Shown here one piece after another: positions 1-11,602 of a DNA stretch of 64,000 nucleotides. The first letter of the stretch is position 1; the number at the start of each line of letters is the position of its first letter. The position numbers were made by a program, and so were the translations under genes. The stretch comes from Tubiluchus corallicola (taxonomy: Eukaryota; Animalia; Priapulida). Under the pieces are notes generated by a model. It saw only the letters and a list, made by a program, of their open reading frames with translations, searched no databases and was not told the origin of the DNA. Where the stretch lies: positions 434,001 through 498,000 of the forward strand of contig JAQGDQ010000017.1 in the NCBI GenBank assembly GCA_030141605.1. Reading direction: 5' to 3'.

Positions 1-283
1 GAAAATCAATTACATGTATTTTAATTTTTCAAATTAATAATTTTAACACGTAAGCCTAGAAAAAGAAGAAATTTAGCAGTGGCAGCCAAAGTGACATTTA
101 TATTTCAAATGCATCGCTTTGAAGTGAGTGTGATTACAAAGGAATGAGTTTTGTCAAATTGAAGCCAATGTGATGTGGGCATAATCTGTTTGTTCTTTAA
201 AGGAAAAGCCAGTCTACTGGGAAGTTAAGCTTGTTTCAATATTTGCAAAACATCTTGCAAGGATTTACTAATAAAAGTGTCAT
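1..283. repeat. Direct duplicate of 4259-4543
   Basis: Near-identical sequence (tacatgtattttaatttttcaaatta...ggatttactaataaaag) at both positions. Confidence 0.9.
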
Positions 284-285
284 AA

Positions 286-698
286 GAGGTTCGTGAAATT
301 AGTAAACGAGGGCTGGGGTGACACGCTTAGATGTATCAATATATTATTTGTGCAATGACTCATTAGTCGAAGATATCACTGACCACAATCGCATAACAAC
401 TGGGACACTGATGATAAATTGACTCAAAAAGAATGGTAAAAACTCTTTGGCGTATCTGATGCTGAATCGGACTTTGAAGGATTTTAAATAAATATTGTAA
501 ATTTTATTTCGGTATTGTGTTCATTGTTTACTTTACGTTGTCAATAAATGATTTTTATCATGGCCGCACGTGTTCAACAACGTTTGTCCCTTACAATGCT
601 TGGTCTGAGCCGAGAAAAAGTGAAACAAAATTTTATACCGATTTTTAATCGAAGATAGGGGTGCGCGTTATACACGTGTGCGCGTTATACTCGAATAT
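286..698 (+). mobile_element. Degenerate 3' end of a pogo/Tc2-like DNA transposon
   Basis: Reads ...KLFGVSDAESDFEGF* ending at 487 (acidic DFEGF terminus typical of pogo-like transposases, with an in-frame stop upstream), then gggtgcgcgttatacacgtgtgcgcgttatactcgaa, which resembles the subterminal repeats of such elements. Confidence 0.55.
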
Positions 699-1081
699 AG
701 ATAGCCTCAGCAAATTATCAGTTTACTAACTTGTAAGAGGTTGCTCTCTCTGTATGACTTTTGTAGTCAAACCATTGTAAGTGTTATATTGTAGTCTACA
801 TTGTGTAAGTAATTGACCACATTGCACATGTTTTCCAATAAGCCAAAGCAGTGTTATATTACAAAAACAACAAACTGGTAACAAGAACTAAATTAAGAGA
901 ATGTGTTGTGAAATTTAAGCTTGAGAATTATGTCATATAATGCTGTGATTTTTCGAAAACTAACGTAAGCATCATAAATCGCAAGATGTGTACTGTGAGT
1001 GAGACGATGTTTATTATAGTGACATGTTTACATCTATCATACATTACTTGTGCAATCATTTTCACTCTTTATGCACGACAA

Positions 1082-1725
1082 AAATTTAGACATAAAGCCG
1101 ACCATTTAGACTTACAAGTCACTGCCTACTGGCACGAAAAGATTTTTTTAATGTGTATACGTGGCAAAATTCATATGGATCATATTACTTTACAATTCTA
1201 GAAATGATTGTACAAACTGTCTCTCGTTGTGTATAGAGTTCTTTTTGCCTCTTTGTTTAAGAATTTTGCATAAAGCGAGTAAAGCTTCTAGTTAAAACAT
1301 CAGCATTCACAATAAAATGAAATTTTATTTAATATTTCAACATTTTTTAAATAAATCACTTCTTTGTGTATGATAAAATGTGCAATCAAGTAGGAGATGT
1401 ATCTCGTTTTGTATTTTGCCTGAATTGCACATTATGCACATTCGTTCCTGCAAAGAAAGTCCATGGAATCGAGTCTCAATTTTTTAAGGCAGAATACGAC
1501 GTCTAAACCGAGATAAAAGTGATCTTTTACTAATTGCGGACTAATTACTAATTATTCACGAACATAATTCGTAATGCAGTGCAACATTTGCAATACTTGT
1601 ATACACAGATAGATGTAGTGCAATTTTTATACACACATAGCTGTACTAACATTTTTATAAGACACAAAACAGCATTTAATAGCATGCAGTAATTGTAAAC
1701 TCAAACAAAATCCATATCTGTGAGC
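1082..1725. repeat. Dispersed ~650-bp repeat, second copy at 16687-17380
   Basis: Near-identical from gacataaagccgaccatttag to atccatatctgtgagc, with two small indels. Confidence 0.9.
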
Positions 1726-2193
1726 ATGACAATATTTAGCACTTGACATCCCGAATGAGTTCAGATCCATATCCATGTGCATGACATTATGTATATCACT
1801 TGACTATGTCTGGCCAGTGCGGTTTAAACCTATGTAACTTGCCGATATGCAGAACGCTTATGGCTAATTGTGATACTCCTACATGATTGAACAATTTGCG
1901 CTAATTTTCACATTTTGGTTCCTTTCTCGGGGCATTAAACTATCCCAGCTCTTTTAATTTACCGCGATCTGAGCTTCTACCTTATACGTCTGTCCTGCAA
2001 GTTTCATGATTGTACATGTTATAGTTCTCAAATTATTCAATGTTATGAGTTTGATGCCAAAGACTGGATGTTTAGAAAAACAACAGAAAAATCAGCATAT
2101 GGTTTTTTTAGATCTGCAATGCCTGTTGATAAAAGTAATATTTAAAAATTTCCAATGGTCTTACCATTGTAAACTTATTCATTTTTGTTGATT

Positions 2194-3192
2194 TTACTTT
2201 GGGTTGCTTTCTCGACTTGTTGCCATTACAGCAACGCTGACACGAAAGTCACGTTTACAGCAGAACAGACCTTTTATTTTGCTCTTAAGCAGCGGTATTC
2301 TAATCATGAAAATTAACGGATTAAATAGTGAATTGCTGGAAATACTTATCACCATTATTGGTACTACGTAGAATTTCTTCATTTTGTCGTAAGACTTTGG
2401 TGTTAAATTAAGTAATGAACCGTAGACAATTTGTGGCAGCCAGAGTACCACAAATGTTCCAACTATAAGGGCTGTTGTCTGCAGCGCCCTCCCATTGGAA
2501 CCCATGAAAGTGCTTGTCTGCATCTTAGCTTTAATTTCATTATTTAGCTGCACGGCTCTATATATTCTAATATACAGTCCGATTGATATGCAAACTGCTG
2601 TGAAGCTCATTGCAGTTCCCAAGGCTCCATTGCTGTCATCGTACGGCCCTACAAGGCACAAGTATTCATCGTTGTTCCCTATGACATGATTGATGTTCCA
2701 GGAAGTTAAAACTGGTAGAATGGCATAGGCTAGATTAAGCAGAATAATGGCAATCCCAGCGAGTATTACATGCTTTGTTTTAAGTCCCACTGAGTGAGGA
2801 TAAATGATTTTAAAGTACCTGTCTATAGACATAAGCATCATTGAAAGGGCTGACCCCATTAGCCCGAATGACATGAACACGGCGCTGCTCCAACACCAGG
2901 CTCCGGTTGGTGGGAAAATGTCATGATTTGGATCAATTCCGACGACAAAAAACTTCAGAATGCAGTGTACTCCAATGCAGAAATCAAAGAACGATATCAA
3001 GGTTACAATTGACAAAGATGGCCCCACTTTCTTCATTGTTGTTATGGTTACAATGACGATGCTATTGCTGCTTATTATCAAACATCCCAGGAGCAAACAA
3101 ACTGAATAAAATACAGTTAAGTATGATCGAATGTGTGGATTATGATAGGCTAATCTCTCGATACGATCTCTGCTTTCGTTTCCACTTTGCAT
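2194..3192 (-). CDS. Intronless class A GPCR, copy 1 (332 aa from first ATG, MQSGNES...)
   Basis: Seven hydrophobic segments; WC before TM3, SIDRY, ECL2 Cys (YLCL), LWLP in TM6, NSLFNPLIF in TM7. The ORF-track start at 3354 is a GTG; the first ATG is 3192. Confidence 0.9.
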   Translation of the reverse strand: MQSGNESRDRIERLAYHNPHIRSYLTVFYSVCLLLGCLIISSNSIVIVTITTMKKVGPSLSIVTLISFFDFCIGVHCILKFFVVGIDPNHDIFPPTGAWCWSSAVFMSFGLMGSALSMMLMSIDRYFKIIYPHSVGLKTKHVILAGIAIILLNLAYAILPVLTSWNINHVIGNNDEYLCLVGPYDDSNGALGTAMSFTAVCISIGLYIRIYRAVQLNNEIKAKMQTSTFMGSNGRALQTTALIVGTFVVLWLPQIVYGSLLNLTPKSYDKMKKFYVVPIMVISISSNSLFNPLIFMIRIPLLKSKIKGLFCCKRDFRVSVAVMATSRESNPK

Positions 3193-4258
3193 TTTTTCAC
3201 TTTTATTCGATTTGATTCTGATGATAGTACACAATGTGCAGTGAAATGCCGTGTTTTTTATGGTGTTTGTTGCTCTTATTCTTTTATTACGTCCAAAAAT
3301 GAGTATCAACGATGTATGACTCCAATTTCTCTGCAAGAGTTCCGTAAATAGCACAAGACTGTGAAGCTATTCTTTCACACTTGTTTCATTTCCTAGTACG
3401 GCGAAAGACACATCCACTCAGCAACTTCAGTGGTATTAATGAACAGTGCTTGTTAAAGTTGGGTTTGTGGAAAACCATTTGTCATCTCTGTGTCCCACTT
3501 TGCATCTTTAACAGTCCCTTCAGTCCAAGAAATAATACGAGAAATTGCATAAGCGTAACGATTTACTGCTACGTATTTACACATTGGTTACTGAAACACA
3601 TCAGCGCATTGACAGCAATTATTCCACTGATTTTGAAATATTTTAAATGAGTGCGTACCTGCAGAGAGTGCTGGGCATGTGAGTTAATCACTATGTATAC
3701 AATAAAGCTCGTGTGTACTTAGACTTTAAAGTGCAGCACATTTTTCTCAGTCATTTCTCAGAATAACTTAGAATCCATAATTCTTACTCAAGTAAACATA
3801 TTGTCGTTAAGCAGCTTTCTTCAAATTCCAAAGATAAGCTTATTTATGCTGGCTTCACATTTTTCTTAATTGCATTAGTTTTTTTATTTATAATTGTCTT
3901 ACCCAGATGCTACATAATGCAGAAAATCCACTCAGTGACGTCTATATGGGGTCTCAAACATCCAGATTGCGCAACTCTGTCTCTTAAAAACTTGTTATTG
4001 TCAAATCATTAACCAGATTGCTATTAGTAATCAATATTTTAAAGTTGCACAGTAGCGTTTACTAACCTAGTTATAGTCCATCAGTCAGGTGGAATTATTG
4101 TTGTCACCTCTCAGTCTGAGCGAGGCTGACTAATAATTGTTTTTGTAAGTGTAGGATCCTAGCGTAACATTTTGATCCGAAAAGTAATTTTGAATCGGTA
4201 TTTTTTCGCCAACAACCATCTTGATTTTAGAACTAGTTTTTCAAGATGGCTGTACTGC

Positions 4259-4543
4259 AAAAATAAATTACATGTATTTTAATTTTTCAAATTAATGATT
4301 TTATTACGTTAGCCTGGAAAAAGAAGAAATTTAGTAGTGGCAGCCAAAGTGACATTTACATTTCAAATGCATCGCTTTGAAGTGAGTGTGATTACAAAGG
4401 AATGAGTTTTGTCAAATTGAAGCCAATGTGATGTGAGCATAATCTGTTTGTTCTTGAAACGAAAAGTCAACCTACAGGGAAGTTAAGCTTATTTCAATAT
4501 TTGCAAAAATCTTGCAAGGATTTACTAATAAAAGCATCATAAT
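4259..4543. repeat. Direct duplicate of 1-283, about 1.1 kb upstream of GPCR1
   Basis: Near-identical to the window start. Confidence 0.9.
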
Positions 4544-5289
4544 CACTTTAAAAACACCATCATTTCGTGCTTGGGCACTTCCATTTTGAACCCCCATTCT
4601 TTCAACAATGACATTGCTTATCAGCTAAAGAAAAGCAATGCTCTATAAATTTCTGTCAAAGGTATAATAAGTTTTTACAAAAAGTTAGACAGCTGATAGT
4701 ATAACATTTATGCATGAACATCAGGTACACTGTAGATGTTTGAATTAGTTTAAGCAGCGTGGACTTACAGAAAACCTCAATGCCCTTATGAAAAGTCACA
4801 AAGTCCACCAGTTACCTCACAGTTTTGAAGTGAATTGCAGCAACCACCATGCCTGAAAACTTTTGTGCAGTGGTAGTACAGATTAACTTTATGCTTTATA
4901 GATTTCTTTACTATATTTTTCTAAGTTTAAACTATAAGGTTAAAATAAACCCAACATGTAAGTAATTAAATTGTGCTGTTGCAGACAGCCAGAGTATCAG
5001 AAATGCTCTCCCAGCATGGACTGTGCAGTAACCTTTTATTAGATTTATTAGATTTACTCATCTGGTACCTTAGCTTTAACTTCATCCCTTTTAAGTTTCC
5101 GTTAGTGCTTGACGTATTCCAATGTAAAGTCTTGTAAATCACTTAGAAGCATAAAGCTCCAGTTTTATTCATTTGTTGTTATTGTAGTTTTTAAAATTCA
5201 CACACATATATGCTTTTCTAAGATTTGTTTATTATTATTTATCATATCACATTTATATCGCTACATGACGAGCATCCGTGGAACAACAA

Positions 5290-5957
5290 ATGTGTGCTTG
5301 CAAACCAAAAAAATCGTCCACAAGTTGGCATAGTTAAAACTATGTTATGATGCTTCAAAGTAGAAAGCACCAAGAATTTAGTCAAATGACATTTTTTTAT
5401 TTTTTACAAAAACAAATGTTATATACGTTGGGCTTTTATATTCTAGCATCAAATTATCAGCAAAATGTCCAAAAAATACTAAAAATCTGATTCTACAACT
5501 CCTTACCCACGCTTCTGTGTAGAAACTAGTACTGCAATTGTAAAAAAACTCGTGTTTTCTAACTCTGATTGTAGCTCGTAGAAACAACCATTTTGCTTCC
5601 TTTTTTTCTGTTGCAAGACCAGATCTTCGCCAGGAAGAGCCATCTACCGGATTTAAATGTAATTTCAATTTGCTCTAATAAAATCGATAGCAACCAGACT
5701 TTCGTACGGTTGCTAAGTGTTTTGTAGATACGCAACAAAAAATAATGGCTGACTTTAACAGCGTTTTTCTTAAGATTACATTTTTCAGTACATAGCTTGC
5801 ACCTCAACTTCAACATGGATTATCTCAGCTTAGAAATAACATAGAGCGATGAGCTAGGTATCAAAATGATCCTCATGAAATGCAGATTCAGGATATGTGA
5901 ATAACTAGAAAACATTAATTGCTGACCTATGGACGACTTTGCTATGCAAGCACACAT
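5290..5957. mobile_element. Non-autonomous DNA transposon (MITE), about 670 bp
   Basis: Imperfect ~35-bp terminal inverted repeats: atgtgtgcttgca...tcgtcca and tggacga...tgcaagcacacat. Confidence 0.6.
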
Positions 5958-6842
5958 ATACAACTAAATTAAAAATCACTATTTAAAAATACTACTGCAA
6001 GACAAATAAAATAAATATTTACGCAAAGAACAGAGGATTAGTAAGCTAAATATCTTAAAATATTTACAACAATCTGAAGTGCTTTTTAAACACTGAAAAT
6101 ATTCATGTTAAATCATTTTGTTCATAATCGAATTGGTATGGAGTCTGAGTCTAAAATGCATCATGCTGAATTCGATAATATTTTGTATTACAAGACACCA
6201 TGTTCTATTTATAGCACATAGATTATACATGTACATGTAGCAAACCCGACTTGCTTTTAAGCGATGTAAAATGAAAATACTTAATTGTATTAGTTTAGCT
6301 TTTATGACACTTCCATTTTATGAAATTCTGCAATGGCTCTGTCTGGACATTTTATTAAATCCTGCCAGATTTATATTTTCAAAGGTGTACCAGTTTACTG
6401 TTTAGCACGAAGTTGTCTTATTCTAATTCCAATTGGTTTAATACTAATCTACTTATTCATTTGTGTCTCATAACAAGGTTGACGATGTTGCACACATTGG
6501 GAAGGCCTTTTATTCCACTCTCCTGCAACTGCTCATTATTAAGAGCTTTGGTCTTGTGTTGTAACAAGAAAGTTGCATTATGTCCTTTTGTCTAGGCTAC
6601 TTTTGTTTTTGACAGCGACACTGCAGTTACATTTTAAGATCTTGTAAAACATTGAACCAAATTAATGTGTAAATTGCAAACTAAAATTTCTTCGGAGCTG
6701 CAGCATCTTTGTAAACATCACAGTAAACAAAATGCTGCTCACAGAATAGAAAGTTTTTTCCGTACCTTGGTGATGTTTGGACCAGAATTGCTGGAACTTG
6801 TCTTTATGTTTGGTGTGTCTGTTTTCACTACGGTTTGCAAAT

Positions 6843-7895
6843 CTATGTGTGGAATCGAGATTCTGAGTGTCGCAGCTCATCCGTGGTGCCTTCCGTCCCG
6901 CTGTTTGGCATATTTTCTCGATTGGATACCACTGCAGCGGGGCTGACTTGAAAGCGAGATTTACAGCAGAACAGATCTTTTATTTTGCTCTTAAGCAGCG
7001 GTATTCTTATCATGAAAATTATCGGATTGAATAATGAATTACTGGACATGATCATCATCATTATTGGTAATACGTAAAATGTCTTGATTTTATTGTAAGA
7101 CTTTGGCACAACACTGAGTACTGCGATGTAGCCTATTTGTGGCAACCAAAGAGCCACAAATGTTCCTACTATAAGGGCTGTTGTCTGTAGTGCCCTCCTG
7201 TTGGAACCCATGGAACTACTTGCCTTCATCTTAACTTTAATTTCATTGTTTTGCTGTACTGCTCGATATATTCTAACGTGCAGTCCGATTGATGTGAAAA
7301 CTGCTATGAAGCTCATTGCAGTTCCCAAGGCTCCATTGCTGTCACTGTAGGGCCCTACAAGGCACAGGTATTCATCATTGATCCCAATGACGTGATTGAT
7401 GTTCCAAGAAGTTAAGGCTGGCAGTAGGGTATAGGCTAGATCAAGCAGAATAATGGCAATCCCAGCGAATATTACATGCTTTGTTTTAATTCCCACCGAG
7501 TGAGGATAAATGATTTTGAAGTACCTGTCTATAGACAGAAGCATCATTGAAAGGGCTGATCCCATTAGCCCGAATGACATGAAGACGGCACTGCTCCAAC
7601 ACCAGGCTCCGGTTGGTGGGAAAATGTCGTGATTTGGATCAATTCCGACGACAAAAAACTTGAGAATGCAGTGTACTCCAACGCAGAAATCAAAGAACGA
7701 TATTAAGGTCACAATCCACAAGGATTGTCCCACTTTCTTCATTGTTGTTATGGTTACAATAACAATGCTATTGTTGCTTATTATCAGACATCCCAGGAGC
7801 AAATATACTGAATAAATTACAGTTAAGTATGATCTAATGTGTGGATTATGAAAGGCCAACGTCTCAATACTGATGCTTTCGTTTGCACTTTGCAT
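6843..7895 (-). CDS. Intronless class A GPCR, copy 2 (350 aa, MQSANES...), closest to copy 1
   Basis: 7TM pattern, SIDRY, LWLP, NPIIF; long identical blocks shared with copy 1. First ATG is 7895 (the track start is TTG). Confidence 0.9.
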   Translation of the reverse strand: MQSANESISIETLAFHNPHIRSYLTVIYSVYLLLGCLIISNNSIVIVTITTMKKVGQSLWIVTLISFFDFCVGVHCILKFFVVGIDPNHDIFPPTGAWCWSSAVFMSFGLMGSALSMMLLSIDRYFKIIYPHSVGIKTKHVIFAGIAIILLDLAYTLLPALTSWNINHVIGINDEYLCLVGPYSDSNGALGTAMSFIAVFTSIGLHVRIYRAVQQNNEIKVKMKASSSMGSNRRALQTTALIVGTFVALWLPQIGYIAVLSVVPKSYNKIKTFYVLPIMMMIMSSNSLFNPIIFMIRIPLLKSKIKDLFCCKSRFQVSPAAVVSNRENMPNSGTEGTTDELRHSESRFHT

Positions 7896-8689
7896 CGCTT
7901 CTTCCACTGTTTTATTCGATTTGTTCCTGATGGTAGTACACAGTGGTCTAGTGAAACGCCCGTTTTCCAAGGTTTTTTATTGTCCTAGCTCTTTTACGGT
8001 GGTAATTTTCCTTTTTACAAGAGTTCCCAAAATTATCACACATTTTACCTATTTTCCACCATTTTTCGATTTAATGTAGTGGAATTTGTTGAGTTGGTTT
8101 AGTCATAATCGTACGTTTTCGTTGTTCTGCTCTTGTTGTCTTCATGCTGCCTTCCCATCTTTAACAATTCCTCCAAGCCAAGAAATAGCTTGGAAAGTTT
8201 CACGTTTGTAGCTGCTTAATGCTACATATTTGTACTTTGCTAACTGAAACACATCAGCACCGTGACTATAATTATTACAGCAATGTCCATGTAAATTGAA
8301 AGTGCAGAACCACACATTTTCGTTGATCATACGAACGTTTGGAGAGTAACTTATTAAAATCGATGATTCTTGCTGGAGCAAATTGTATTTTCATTAAGCG
8401 GTTTTGTTCAAATTCTGACAATAAGCTTATTTACCCTGCCTTTTCATCATTCTTAATTTCATTATTTTGCTTTTCATAATCCTTTTAGATGTTGCTGCAT
8501 AATGTAGAATTTCTCATTTAATCATATTTGTATAGGGCTTAAAATATCCAGCATGTACGTCAGCTCTCTGCTTTAGAAATTGTCAAATCTTTTTCTGCTG
8601 TTAATCAATGAGTAAAACAAAGCTGATGTAGATTTTGAATAAATGTTTATTATTTGCAGATACCATGTAACACAATATTATTAATTACT

Positions 8690-8995
8690 GTATATTTTAA
8701 AATTAAAAGATGTATATAATTTCGAACTCACAAAGTTTATGCATAAATATAATGGTAATGCTCTTCCTCACTTGTTTAATGATTATTATACAAAATTTTT
8801 TAGTGTGCATTCGTGTAGCACTAGAGCAGATGTATCAGGTGCTGTTTTTCTGCCAAGGTTTAGCTCCAAGTTAGGTCAAAGGTCATTACGTTATCAAGGT
8901 ACATTGATCTGGAATATCTAAATGGAGACTTATGAAAACTATCGTATAAATGATTTAAGAAAAACGATATAAGAAGTCTTTGATTGACACTTATA
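8690..8995 (+). mobile_element. 3' fragment of a CR1/L2-group LINE ORF2
   Basis: Translation LKLKDVYNFELTKFMHKY...LPHLFNDYY...HSCSTR...RSLRYQGTLIWN resembles the HxYxTR...GxxLWN C-terminus of this group. Confidence 0.65.
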
Positions 8996-9679
8996 GAGTA
9001 GCGACATAATATTGATTCTATGAATATTGGTTCTCTTTTTCTTTCTTTCTTTCTTGGACAATAATTTGTAAATTTTTGCTTTTTTTATTATGTTCTGCAT
9101 GAAATTTGAGTTTTTGTTTTGTTTGAAATTTGTTAAATTTTAGGCCATATTGATTTAAATAATTATATATACAAGTATATCAGCATACTAATCTCCGGTC
9201 AGTAATTTTATATATTTCTGTTTACATTATATGAAGCATGAAGAATTTGAATTTTTTCCAAGAAATTTTGCCAATTGAAGACTGGTGCCAATATATAGGA
9301 GGTCAAAGAAATATACTTGATTCGTTTTTATTTTCTTTGCTTACATGTGTTTATTGCATTTGTATTTTAATTTGGTTTTTTGTGTTGACCTTATTTTGAT
9401 TTGTTATGATTTTGTTTGCTTAAAATTTTATTTGAGTTATTTGTTGTTTGCTAAACATGTTTGAGCATGTAACGGTTATCTTTTTTTATTTGGAAATGTT
9501 ATTTATAAATAAGCATCTCAAATTTGTTCATCATAATGTGGGATGACAGCATTAATGATCGTATGGCCTTTCTGTCATTCTGTCTCACAAATTATATTAG
9601 AGCATTGTTGTTATTTGTGTATGTGATCAGCAAAAAGGCATTATTCAAGTCAATTTTTTATTACAGTCACTTAAAAAGA

Positions 9680-9947
9680 TTTATAGTTAAAATATCACAA
9701 CTTTATTAAACTTTTAATTTACATAGTTAAAAAATTGTCACCCGTTTTAACAGAGCTACTGCTGTGTCATCATCAGTGGTAAATTTTTACAAACATACAT
9801 TCAGTTTAACCGACAAGCATAGCAACTGGTTGTATGCTTGTAAAAATTTACCACTGATGATGACAGCAGTAGCTCTGTCGAAACTGATGTATTTTTTAAC
9901 TACGTAAATTAAAAGTTTTAATAAAGTTGTGGTGTTTTAACTATAAA
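9680..9947. repeat. Long inverted repeat (~125-bp arms, 17-bp loop) containing a hammerhead-ribozyme core; probable Penelope-like element remnant
   Basis: 9680-9806 is the reverse complement of 9824-9947. CTGATGA-T-GACAG-cagtagct-CTGTC-GAAAC lies at 9854-9884. Confidence 0.75.
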
Positions 9948-10354
9948 ACTTACTTTTAAGTAACGCATAATCAAGAATACACACAAGCATTAATAGTATA
10001 AACAGTGCTGTAACAGCTGATTCTGAAAGCTAAACCAGAGCAATCTGGATTAAATTAATAAAACAGATGTGAATTTATTTCTTGAGAGGTTTGTGCAGGG
10101 ATACTCATTAGACCAAAGTTGGCGTATTTTACTCTGAGTCACTTTAACACTACTGTGTACTTTGATGTTTCAAATGTAGCATTAGTGAGGGTGGCAATGT
10201 TGGATTAGTTTGGAATGACCGTTTCTTTACATGACATTCGTTGTCGCTTAATAGATGTTCCGTCACTCGATCAATTTGCATTATAACTTCGACCTTGCTG
10301 TCAGCACTGCAGTGTCAATGTCCTGTTGTCAGGTTCATTTTTCAACTTCAACTT

Positions 10355-11602
10355 CTACGACGTAGTTACTGATGTGTGAAAATCTTGTAAATTATTAACC
10401 TGAATAATGTTCAGTTTGCCAGGTGTCATTTGTTCAAACTTTTGCGACGTTTTTGTAGATGCCACAGAGAACACAATGTTGCCCGTAGAAATTGGAACTT
10501 TTCCTTCCATGCCTTGATGATGTTTTTTAGTTGGTTCAGAATTGCCGCTTCTGTTCTTGGCATCTGATGCATCTTGCTGACTGTTAACTGCTGTAGTGCT
10601 TACACGAGTACGTCTTTTACAAGGAAACACATTTTTGACCCTTCTTTTTATCAGTGGTATTCTGACCATGTAAATTACCGGGTTGATTAACGAATTCACA
10701 GAAACGATAACCATGAATATGGGTAGTCTGTAGAAATTCATGATGGTATAATAAGAGCTGGTCGACTGGGCAAGCAAGGCTATGTATATTGCTTGAGGCA
10801 GCCAAAGTAGTACAAATGTTCCCACTACAATTGCTATAGTCTGCAGTGCTCTTTTGTTAGAACCCATTGAACTGTTTGTATGCATCTTGGCTTTAACTAG
10901 TTGACTTCTTTGAACTGCCCTGTATATTCTGAAGTACAGTCCTATTATTGTGAAAAATGATGAGAAACACAACACTGCACCTATGACCCCATGGCTCTTA
11001 GTGAAAGGACCCATGAGGCACAGATATTCCACTTCATATTTGGCTCCTATTTTATAATTACTGTTCCATGGGGTGATGACTGGCATTATAGAGTACGCAA
11101 ATATTAAGATAAGTATAGCTGCCCCACAAGCTGTTACTTGTTTTACGTTTAGACCCGCTGAATGTGGATATACGATTTTAATGTATCGATCTGTTGACAG
11201 AAGTACCATTGTTAAAACTGATCCCAGATAACCAAATGTCACGAGCATGGCACTGCCATTACACCATGCTCCTGTTGGAAAGATTTCATAGCTCGGGTCG
11301 ATTCCACTTACTAAAAACTTTAATACACTATGTACGCCTACCCAGAAATCAAAAAATGATCCGAGTGCTACAATAGACAGAGATGGTCCCGCCTTTTTCA
11401 TTGTTAGTATACTTATAATGACGATGGCATTGCTGAGTAAAATCAGACAACCGATGAGCAAATAAATTGTAAAAACTATAATCAAATAAAATCTGATATG
11501 GGGATCATAGTATGCAATTATACCCACCGGAATGTCTGTTGAATTTTTCAAACTAATGATTTCATTTAAAGGGAGGTTGCTGTATGGTTTGCTACTTTGC
11601 AT
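10355..11602 (-). CDS. Intronless class A GPCR, copy 3 (415 aa, long C-terminal tail)
   Basis: 7TM, WC, STDRY, YLCL, LWLP, NSLINPVIY. First ATG is 11602. Confidence 0.9.
   Translation of the reverse strand: MQSSKPYSNLPLNEIISLKNSTDIPVGIIAYYDPHIRFYLIIVFTIYLLIGCLILLSNAIVIISILTMKKAGPSLSIVALGSFFDFWVGVHSVLKFLVSGIDPSYEIFPTGAWCNGSAMLVTFGYLGSVLTMVLLSTDRYIKIVYPHSAGLNVKQVTACGAAILILIFAYSIMPVITPWNSNYKIGAKYEVEYLCLMGPFTKSHGVIGAVLCFSSFFTIIGLYFRIYRAVQRSQLVKAKMHTNSSMGSNKRALQTIAIVVGTFVLLWLPQAIYIALLAQSTSSYYTIMNFYRLPIFMVIVSVNSLINPVIYMVRIPLIKRRVKNVFPCKRRTRVSTTAVNSQQDASDAKNRSGNSEPTKKHHQGMEGKVPISTGNIVFSVASTKTSQKFEQMTPGKLNIIQVNNLQDFHTSVTTS

Noticed and set aside
3193-3354. N-terminal extensions of GPCR1, 2, 3 and 10 given by the ORF track
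   Set aside because: They start at GTG/TTG; the first ATG aligns with the starts of the paralogues.
4570-4590. gcacttccattt (ALPF) as the missing UBA1 NLALPFF exon
   Set aside because: Immediately followed by TGA, with no flanking UBA1 similarity.
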